DNA of 64,000 nt from assembly GCA_943364975.1 (NCBI GenBank), contig CALRIY020000003.1:18387-82386 (forward strand), written 5' to 3'. Positions 8,343-15,493 of this stretch are shown here, one piece after another. The stretch is from Synechococcus sp. UW140 (GTDB taxonomy: Bacteria; Bacteroidota; Ignavibacteria; UBA10030; UBA8401). A program made the translations under genes and the position numbers. Within the stretch, counting starts at the first letter, position 1, and every line of letters begins with the position of its first letter. The notes beneath the pieces are model-generated. The model was not told the origin of the DNA. It did no database searches and was given only the letters and a program-made list of their open reading frames with translations.

Positions 8343-9833
8343 TCAATTCACTGTGATGTTCTCCGTTGGGGAATACACCGGAAGCGAGAAGGAGAATGCC
8401 GTTCCTTCGTTCTTGACACTCGAAACGGCAATGGAGATCCCGTGCACTTCCAGGATCTTCTTGACGATCGCCAAGCCGAGTCCGGCACCGTCATTCCGGA
8501 ACATATTTTTCTGACTCCCTTTGTTGTACCGGCCGAAGATCAGCGGAATATCCTCCTGCGCGATCCCCGCTCCGGTATCCGCAACTCGCACTTCCACAGT
8601 TCGCTCCGCCGGACGAAGATCGATCGACACGGTGCCGCCGGCGGGAGTGAATTTGACGGCGTTGTCAGTCAGATTCTGGATCACCCGGTCGATCATCGCG
8701 ATATCCGCAACCACCAGCGGAAGATCGTGCGGGATCCGGCACTGCAGACGGATCCCTTTCTCTTCGGTGATGAGCAGATACTTTTGCGAGATATCCTGCA
8801 CCAGCTCCGAAAGTGAGAACGGTTCGGGTTCCGGCTTCGTTTGTTTCGCCTCCAGCTTGGAGAGTTCGAACAGCTCTTCCACCAGCCTGCGCAGCCGGTC
8901 TGTGGAGGAGAGAACGGTCTTCAGATATTTTTCCCGTTCTTCCGGATCCAGCGTGCCGGATTTGATCAGCAGTGTTTCGATGTATCCGTGAATGGTCGCC
9001 AGCGGCGTCCGCAGATCGTGAGAGACATTCGCCACCAGTTCACGGCGCAGATTGTCCATAGATTTCATCTCATCGAGATTCCGGACGATGGTATCGGCCA
9101 TTTCGTTGAAGGAGGTCGCCAATTCCGTCAATTCTCCGGACGAAGAAAAACGGATCCGCGCCTGATGATTCCCCTTCTGAAAATCCCGCACAGTGCTGAT
9201 GATGGTACGGAGATTCCGTGTAATGAACAGCAGCGAGATCAATCCGATCAGCGCCGCGGCGATGAGCGTGATGGTCATGGCCCGCGTACCGATCGTAAGG
9301 ATGTAACTGCCGGCGAGCATCTTAAAATTATTGTCAAACTCCTCGCTGCCGAGGATCACATAGAGATATCCGATCACGCGCTGACCGTCCTTGATCTCCG
9401 CCGCGGAAAAGGTCTTCTCTCCCTTCACCATCTTCGGATCGTCACCCATGACAAATCCGGGTCCTTTCTGCGTGACGAACCGTTTCACCGGACCGATCGA
9501 GACCGATGCGCGGCAGATGCCGGTGTTCGTAGGACAATGGGAAAGGACCGTTCCTGCAGTATCCAGCACATACACTTCAATGCTCGGGTTGAACAGTTTC
9601 TGGATCGTGTAGATCTCCTCGAGCCGGGATGAATCCAGCTTGTGATCCACCACCGGCTGATAATGACTCAGCAGCCGCTGAGCGATGGGAATGCTCAGAC
9701 GCTGGTTCGCTTCCTGGAAATACATCTCTGCAGAAAAGACGATAAAGTAGATATAGACCGCCGAGAGCACGATCAGCAGCGCAAGGAATGTTGCGGAGAT
9801 CTTCCAGTATAATGAATTGAAGAATTTTTTCAT
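8343..9833 (-). CDS. sensor histidine kinase (periplasmic sensor, HAMP, HisKA, HATPase_c)
   Basis: 496 aa. Two TM segments flank a ~150-aa periplasmic domain. H-box VSHDLRTPL; N/G boxes DNAVKFTP, DTGAGI and GAGLGLAIV. Confidence 0.9.
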   Translation of the reverse strand: MKKFFNSLYWKISATFLALLIVLSAVYIYFIVFSAEMYFQEANQRLSIPIAQRLLSHYQPVVDHKLDSSRLEEIYTIQKLFNPSIEVYVLDTAGTVLSHCPTNTGICRASVSIGPVKRFVTQKGPGFVMGDDPKMVKGEKTFSAAEIKDGQRVIGYLYVILGSEEFDNNFKMLAGSYILTIGTRAMTITLIAAALIGLISLLFITRNLRTIISTVRDFQKGNHQARIRFSSSGELTELATSFNEMADTIVRNLDEMKSMDNLRRELVANVSHDLRTPLATIHGYIETLLIKSGTLDPEEREKYLKTVLSSTDRLRRLVEELFELSKLEAKQTKPEPEPFSLSELVQDISQKYLLITEEKGIRLQCRIPHDLPLVVADIAMIDRVIQNLTDNAVKFTPAGGTVSIDLRPAERTVEVRVADTGAGIAQEDIPLIFGRYNKGSQKNMFRNDGAGLGLAIVKKILEVHGISIAVSSVKNEGTAFSFSLPVYSPTENITVN

Positions 9834-9877
9834 CGGAACAGTATTGGGAATGTTGGATCAGCGATGTTTGGACAGGT

Positions 9878-10594
9878 CTACCGTACGACTTCTTCCAATT
9901 CGGCGAATCGGTACCCCACTCCCCATGCGGTCAGGATATATTTCGGTTTGGACATATCCTGTTCGATCTTGGCGCGGAGCCTGTTGATATGCGAATTCAC
10001 CGTATGGTCGTATCCGTTGAACTGATATCCCCACACGAGTTCCAGCAATTGTTCCCGCGTGTAGGTCTTGCCGGGATGTGTCGCAAACAGCAGCAGCAGA
10101 TCGAATTCCTTCGCCGTCAGCTCGAGACGCTTTCCTTTCAGCTGCACCTTCCTCCGCTCACGATCGATCTCCAGATCACCGAAGTTGATCACCGCAGAAT
10201 TGTCGGATGCAGCGGACCCATTCCGCAGTGCTTCGGTCCGCCGGAAGATCGCTTTCACCCGTGCGATGAACTCCCGCACGCCGAACGGCTTCGTCAGATA
10301 ATCATCCGCACCGACCTCCAGTCCGAGCACTTTGTCCAGCTCTTCGGATTTTGCGGTCAGCATCAGGATCGGCGTGTTGTTCTTGTCTGCGCGGACACGC
10401 CGGCAGACTTCCAGACCGTCCATCCCGGGAAGCATCAGGTCCAGCACGATCAGATCGATGCTCCCCTTCTGCGTCAGCGCATATCCCTTTTCGCCGTCGA
10501 TCGCCGTGGTCACCCGGCAGTGAAGATCCTTCAGATGGATCTTCAGCAGTTCGGTGATATCCTTGTCATCTTCGATCACCAATACATGTTTCAT
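9878..10594 (-). CDS. OmpR/PhoB-family DNA-binding response regulator
   Basis: 238 aa. Receiver domain (IEDD, LDLMLPGMDG, LTAKS, LTKPF) plus a winged-helix output (LTAKEFDLLLLF, VDSHINRLR-like NSHINRLRAKI, WGVGYRF). Confidence 0.92.
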   Translation of the reverse strand: MKHVLVIEDDKDITELLKIHLKDLHCRVTTAIDGEKGYALTQKGSIDLIVLDLMLPGMDGLEVCRRVRADKNNTPILMLTAKSEELDKVLGLEVGADDYLTKPFGVREFIARVKAIFRRTEALRNGSAASDNSAVINFGDLEIDRERRKVQLKGKRLELTAKEFDLLLLFATHPGKTYTREQLLELVWGYQFNGYDHTVNSHINRLRAKIEQDMSKPKYILTAWGVGYRFAELEEVVR

Positions 10595-10700
10595 TCACTT
10601 CCCTTGATTTTCTATCGCGGAGAGTTACCGCGCAGATTTTTGAAAAGGATCGCTTTCCTGATTCCTCTGTGACCTCTGTGGCTCCCAACATACCGGAAAA

Positions 10701-10719
10701 GTATCACAAAATTATCACG
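10701..10719 (-). promoter_or_regulatory. candidate response-regulator box (direct repeat TATCAC-N5-TATCAC) upstream of the RR-HK operon
   Basis: Plus strand GTATCACAAAATTATCACG. It lies between the upstream terminator (10724..10758) and the RR start (10594). Confidence 0.45.
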
Positions 10720-10723
10720 GCAC

Positions 10724-10758
10724 AATAAAAAATCCCCGGGAAGATGCTCCCCGGGGAT
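10724..10758 (-). terminator. rho-independent terminator of the duplicated membrane-protein gene
   Basis: Minus strand ATCCCCGGG-gagcatctt-CCCGGGGAT followed by TTTTTTATT. Confidence 0.75.
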
Positions 10759-10783
10759 CCGATCATTTCCGTATGGAAACGCG

Positions 10784-11578
10784 TCACTCTTTTTCGTGTT
10801 CGGTGTCGTTCTCCATGAAGGACTGGAGTTTCTCTCCCAGCCATCCGCCGACGAGCGACAGGATGAATCCGCCGATGAGCAGTTCCACCACATACATCAT
10901 TTCGTCCATCATCAGCAGCGAGAATGAATAGAGGAAGAGTGCATTCAGCACAACGCTCAGTACGCCGGCGATACCGGCTTCCATGATGGTGACTCCCGGC
11001 GAGAAATATCCGACCAGCAGACCGGCCAGCAGGAAACTTGCACCGAGCGCGATCACGATTCCGCCCATGCCGAATTTCAGAAGGGCGAATCCGCCGATCA
11101 CAAAGAATGCATTGAAGATGAATGCGATCACCGTTCCGGCGATGATCCAGCCCCATTGCAGCTTCCCTTTTTTGTCATCTTCCAGTTCTTTCACAAGCTC
11201 TTCCGGCGTGATCTGGATCTGTTCGCCGACCCATCCGCCGATCAATCCCAGGATCAGTCCGATCACCGGTGCGGCGATCATTTCCATAGTGGAGAATGTC
11301 ATTCCGAAGCCGAATGCCAGGATGTTACCGACGAGCAGCAGCGTGACGAAACCGCCGATCGCAGGTTCTTTCAGCGTATACCCTTCGGATTTGAAACCGA
11401 TGATGATACCCATGACGACAAACCCCAGCAGCGACATGAATGTCGGGATAAGGGGAATGTGGAATGTTTTCGCGATCATGAGATAAAGTGATAGGCAGAG
11501 CGCAGTCCCGGCCAGGATTCCGGTAATGATCCACTTCCACTCCAATCCTCCTTTGGATGCGGTGGCTTCTGTCGTCAT
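10784..11578 (-). CDS. integral membrane protein of unknown function, internally duplicated (2 x 4 TM)
   Basis: 264 aa with AAGGAG upstream. The halves align: LEWKWIITGILAG / LQWGWIIAGTVIA and ILGLIGGWVGEQIQ / ILSLVGGWLGEKLQ. Its own terminator is at 10724..10758. Confidence 0.75.
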   Translation of the reverse strand: MTTEATASKGGLEWKWIITGILAGTALCLSLYLMIAKTFHIPLIPTFMSLLGFVVMGIIIGFKSEGYTLKEPAIGGFVTLLLVGNILAFGFGMTFSTMEMIAAPVIGLILGLIGGWVGEQIQITPEELVKELEDDKKGKLQWGWIIAGTVIAFIFNAFFVIGGFALLKFGMGGIVIALGASFLLAGLLVGYFSPGVTIMEAGIAGVLSVVLNALFLYSFSLLMMDEMMYVVELLIGGFILSLVGGWLGEKLQSFMENDTEHEKE

Positions 11579-11678
11579 TGAATAACTCCTTTTACTATTA
11601 TGATATGGTGGGAAATAACTGCGAGAATTTCCGCAATTCTACTTTCAAAGTCAAGAAACAACACCGAAACGAGAATTA

Positions 11679-12791
11679 TTACGTTCCGGTGTTGTCGACG
11701 ATGCTCATCAGGTCCTGAATTTCACCGAAACTCCAGTTCACTTTATTGCAGAGGATGATGATGGTGGTGTGATCGTTCAGACGGCGGACAAACAGGGAAT
11801 TATATCCCCTCCACCATCCGCCGTGATAGACGATCCTGCTTCCGTCCGAAAGTGTATCGAGACGGAAACCGAAGCCGTAATTATTATCCCGTTTGTAATC
11901 GTAGCTGACCGGCGTGAATGCCTCGTCCAGCGTGGTTTGTTTCACGATCTTCTCGGTATAGAGGGCCTGGTCCCATGCAAACATATCTTCCACTGTCGAG
12001 AAGATCCCTTTATCGCCTGTCACACCGTCAAGAAAATCAACGTACGATTTCCGGCGGTTCTTATTATACCCTTTTGTCTCGTATTCGGTCGTTTTACTGT
12101 TGTCCGGATTGTACACGAACGTGCTGGTCATGCCGATCGGATGGAAAACATTCTTCTCCATGAATTCATGGAACGGCAGTCCGGAGAGTCTCTCCACGAT
12201 CAGCGCCAGCATCGCATAGCCGGTATTGCTGTATTTATAGCGGCGGTCGGGGGCGAATTCGGGACGGGGTTTATACTGGATCATCTGGGCCAGCACATCT
12301 TCGTTGGAGAGATATTCCTTCTTTTTCTTCCAGTATTTCGGGGAAAAATACATGTAATTCGGAAGTCCGGAACGGTGCGCCAGAAGCTGTTTGATGGTGA
12401 TATTCTTGTACGGGAAGTCGGGAATGAATTTCTGGATGGTATCGGAATATTCCAATTTCCCCTGCTCGTGCAGCATCATGATCGCAACGGCGGTGAATTG
12501 TTTGGTAACGGAGGCGATCTGAAAGACCGACTTCACATTCAGCGGTTCCTTCGTTTTCAGATTGGAATATCCGAAAGCGTTCTTATAGATGATGTTGCCG
12601 TATAATCCCACCAGCACATTGCCGTTGAATCCTTTTTTCTGAGAAATGGAACGGAAGAGCGAATCGAACCGCGTAGCGATCACCACGGAACGGGGTTCAA
12701 TACTATGGTCATTCGGGGGAACGGAACGCGACGGGTCTTCGGCGCAAACGATCGATGTAACGATGAAGAAAATTGCGGCTATGCGATTCAT
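11679..12791 (-). CDS. serine hydrolase, class C beta-lactamase/PBP-like family
   Basis: 370 aa with a signal peptide. S-x-x-K (ASVTKQF) and Y-x-N (YSNTGY) motifs. Confidence 0.85.
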   Translation of the reverse strand: MNRIAAIFFIVTSIVCAEDPSRSVPPNDHSIEPRSVVIATRFDSLFRSISQKKGFNGNVLVGLYGNIIYKNAFGYSNLKTKEPLNVKSVFQIASVTKQFTAVAIMMLHEQGKLEYSDTIQKFIPDFPYKNITIKQLLAHRSGLPNYMYFSPKYWKKKKEYLSNEDVLAQMIQYKPRPEFAPDRRYKYSNTGYAMLALIVERLSGLPFHEFMEKNVFHPIGMTSTFVYNPDNSKTTEYETKGYNKNRRKSYVDFLDGVTGDKGIFSTVEDMFAWDQALYTEKIVKQTTLDEAFTPVSYDYKRDNNYGFGFRLDTLSDGSRIVYHGGWWRGYNSLFVRRLNDHTTIIILCNKVNWSFGEIQDLMSIVDNTGT

Positions 12792-12810
12792 TCTGTCCTT
12801 AACTGTTCAT

Positions 12811-12840
12811 ACAAAAAAGCACCCTGTTTTCGGGGTGCTT
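12811..12840 (-). terminator. rho-independent terminator of ilvD
   Basis: Minus strand AGCACCC-cgaaaaca-GGGTGCT followed by TTTTTTGT. It lies downstream of the two REP-like palindromes. Confidence 0.7.
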
Positions 12841-12900
12841 TCACACTACAAAAATACAATTCTCACGAGGAACTTCCAATATCTTCTTTTCTGCTTCATC

Positions 12901-12927
12901 GTAGGACACCTTAGCAAGGTGTCCTAC
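12901..12927. repeat. GTAG-headed REP-like palindrome, copy 1
   Basis: GTAGGACACCTT-agc-AAGGTGTCCTAC. Confidence 0.8.
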
Positions 12928-12955
12928 ACTGCAGCTGACTGTCACTTCGATAGAT

Positions 12956-12980
12956 GTAGGACACCTTCAAGGTGTCCTAC
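12956..12980. repeat. GTAG-headed REP-like palindrome, copy 2
   Basis: GTAGGACACCTT-c-AAGGTGTCCTAC, 28 nt after copy 1. Both lie in the ilvD 3' untranslated region. Confidence 0.8.
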
Positions 12981-12993
12981 ATCTCGGTTAGTA

Positions 12994-14670
12994 TCAATCC
13001 GTCACCGCGCCGAGCGAACTGGCAGAGACGAGTTTTGCATACTTCGCCATCACGCCGCGGTCGTAGCGGACGGGACGCGGCTTCCATGCTTCTCTCCGCT
13101 TCGCGATCTCCGCATCATCCACATTCAGCGTCAGCAGATTTTTGGTGGAGTCGATGGTGACCGAATCACCTTCGTTAACGAGCGCGATCGTTCCGCCGAC
13201 CGCCGCTTCCGGTGAAACGTGACCGACCACCATGCCGTACGTGCCGCCGGAGAATCGTCCGTCCGTCACGAGACCGACCTTATCGCCGAGTCCCCGTCCG
13301 ATAATGGCGGAGGTCGGTGCGAGCATCTCCCGCATTCCCGGTCCCCCTTTCGGACCTTCGTAGCGGATGACGACAACGTCGCCGGCGTTGATCTTATTTC
13401 CGGTGATCGCTTCCATCGCCAGCTCTTCGGAGTCGAACACACGCGCAGGACCGGTGATGGAAGGATTCTTCACTCCGGTCACTTTTGCAACCGCCCCTTC
13501 CGTTGCCAGATTTCCTTTTAAGATGACGAGGTGTCCTTCTTTATAGAGCGGCTTATCGAACGGATGGATCACCTGCTGATCCGCACGCGGTTCATTCGAA
13601 ACATCTTTTAACACTTCTGCAATGGTTTGTCCGGTGACCGTCAGACAATCGCCGTGGAGCAGTCCGTTCACCAGGAGCATCTTCATCACCTGCGGAACTC
13701 CTCCCGCCTTATGGAAATCGACCACGAGATATTTTCCGCTCGGCTTCAGATCGCAGAGCACCGGAACTTTTTTGCGGAGTGTTTCGAAATCGTCGATGGT
13801 GAGCGGTATCTTCGCCGAATGGGCGATCGCCAGAAAATGGAGCACCGCATTCGTCGATCCGCCGATGGCGTTGATGACGGTGATGGCGTTCTCGATGGAC
13901 TTCCGCGTGATGATATCGAGCGGACGGATATTCTTTTTCACGGCGTTCATCAGCACTCTGCCGGACTCGTTCGCACTCTCCGCTTTCTCCTTGTCCTCTG
14001 CGGACATGGTGGAAGAATACATCAGACTCATACCCATCGCTTCGAACGCACTGCTCATAGTGTTCGCCGTATACATTCCCCCGCACGAACCGGCACCGGG
14101 ACAGGAGAAGCATTCCACTTCCTTCAATTCCGCTTCCGAAATTTTTCCTGCACTGTATTGCCCCACCGCTTCGAACGCGCTGACAATGTTCAGGTCCCGC
14201 CCGTCCTTCGGATGCTTTCCCGGTTTGATCGTTCCGCCGTACACATAGATGGCGGGGATGTTCATCCGCGCCATGGCGATCATTCCGCCGGGCATATTCT
14301 TGTCGCATCCGCCGACGGCGATCACGCCGTCCATACACTGCGCGTTGCACGCCGTCTCGATGGAATCCGCGATCACTTCGCGGGAAACAAGGGAGAATTT
14401 CATCCCTTCGGTCCCCATCGCAATGCCGTCGCTGGCGGTGATGGTGCCGAAGGACTGAGGCATGCCCCCGGAGCCTTTGATCCCCTGTTCCGCTTCCGCC
14501 GTCAGCAGGTTCAATCCCATATTGCATGGGGTGATGGTGGAAAATCCGTTTGCCACGCCGATGATCGGTTTGGAGAAATCGTCATCCCCGAATCCGACGG
14601 CGCGGAGCATGGCCCGGTTGGGGGTTCTGTTGGTCCCTTGCGTGATGATCTTACTGCGGTCGTTATTCAT
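12994..14670 (-). CDS. ilvD: dihydroxy-acid dehydratase
   Basis: 558 aa. IlvD/Edd blocks [24 protein letters not shown] and [11 protein letters not shown]. Confidence 0.95.
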   Translation of the reverse strand: MNNDRSKIITQGTNRTPNRAMLRAVGFGDDDFSKPIIGVANGFSTITPCNMGLNLLTAEAEQGIKGSGGMPQSFGTITASDGIAMGTEGMKFSLVSREVIADSIETACNAQCMDGVIAVGGCDKNMPGGMIAMARMNIPAIYVYGGTIKPGKHPKDGRDLNIVSAFEAVGQYSAGKISEAELKEVECFSCPGAGSCGGMYTANTMSSAFEAMGMSLMYSSTMSAEDKEKAESANESGRVLMNAVKKNIRPLDIITRKSIENAITVINAIGGSTNAVLHFLAIAHSAKIPLTIDDFETLRKKVPVLCDLKPSGKYLVVDFHKAGGVPQVMKMLLVNGLLHGDCLTVTGQTIAEVLKDVSNEPRADQQVIHPFDKPLYKEGHLVILKGNLATEGAVAKVTGVKNPSITGPARVFDSEELAMEAITGNKINAGDVVVIRYEGPKGGPGMREMLAPTSAIIGRGLGDKVGLVTDGRFSGGTYGMVVGHVSPEAAVGGTIALVNEGDSVTIDSTKNLLTLNVDDAEIAKRREAWKPRPVRYDRGVMAKYAKLVSASSLGAVTD

Positions 14671-15065
14671 AGAAAAAGAGATTGGTCAGGAATTCAGGAC
14701 AAAAAACGCTTGATTTGAGGAAGATTTTCTTCAAGAATGTATCGTTTTTTGAGCGAAATTCAAAGAATTCGGGATTGACAAAAAAATATTTATTATTTGG
14801 TTAGGAAATATGAATTCGATGGTGTATTTTACACACGTCAATTAACAGTACACCGTAATAACTCCTTCGGGGGTCTTCTGCTCAGTAGCGTTGTATGAGC
14901 CGCTAGTTTTACAGTTTGATGGATCGTTACTCCTGTTTCTACAGAACACACCATCATCGAGAAGCCGCTTTGAAGTTTAAAGCGAACACGTAACTAAGTC
15001 GGTATTCTCGGGGTACACCAGTCCGGAGGTCTTTGCCGGACAACATAAATGAAAGGATGTGTTCC

Positions 15066-15266
15066 ATGGAAAAAGGAACAGTCAAATGGTTCAACGGAAC
15101 AAAAGGTTTCGGTTTTATTTCACGCCCTAACGGAGAAGATGTATTCGTACACTTCAAAGCTATCGTCGGTGAAGGATACAAAAACCTGAACGAAGGCGAC
15201 AAAGTCGAATTCGACGTTGAACAGGGACCGAAAGGTCTTCAGGCTGCAAACGTTCGTACGATCTAA
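15066..15266 (+). CDS. csp: cold-shock protein, CspA family
   Basis: ORF trimmed to ATG 15066: [30 protein letters not shown]... RNP1 (KGFGFI) and RNP2 (VFVHF) are present. 66 aa, followed by a strong terminator. Confidence 0.93.
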   Translation: MEKGTVKWFNGTKGFGFISRPNGEDVFVHFKAIVGEGYKNLNEGDKVEFDVEQGPKGLQAANVRTI

Positions 15267-15295
15267 TCGTCCGAAATAGTTTTGTAACTTCAGTG

Positions 15296-15325
15296 CACCC
15301 CGCCTCGCGCGGGGTGTTCTGTTTT
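15296..15325 (+). terminator. rho-independent terminator of csp
   Basis: CACCCCGC-ctcgc-GCGGGGTG followed by TTCTGTTTT. Confidence 0.8.
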
Positions 15326-15335
15326 AAACATGAAT

Positions 15336-15374
15336 AGAAGATGCCACGCACCTTTGAGGTGCGTGGCATCTTCT
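15336..15374. repeat. 39-nt perfect palindrome (18-bp arms, 3-nt loop)
   Basis: AGAAGATGCCACGCACCT-ttg-AGGTGCGTGGCATCTTCT, bracketed by the 12-nt direct repeat TTCTGTTTTAAA (15317..15328 and 15376..15387). Confidence 0.85.
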
Positions 15375-15493
15375 ATTCTGTTTTAAATCCTCCGTGATCT
15401 CCGTGGTGAAAAGAGACGAGGTGTCATCGTTGACTTTTCGTTCTGATTTTGGTAACCTATGGGCCAGGGGAGCACCGCACACACCGCACGACC

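Noticed and set aside
14775-14780. TTGACA as the csp -35 box
   Set aside because: There is no acceptable -10 hexamer at 16-19 nt spacing. The promoter consensus of this lineage is unknown to me, so I do not annotate it.
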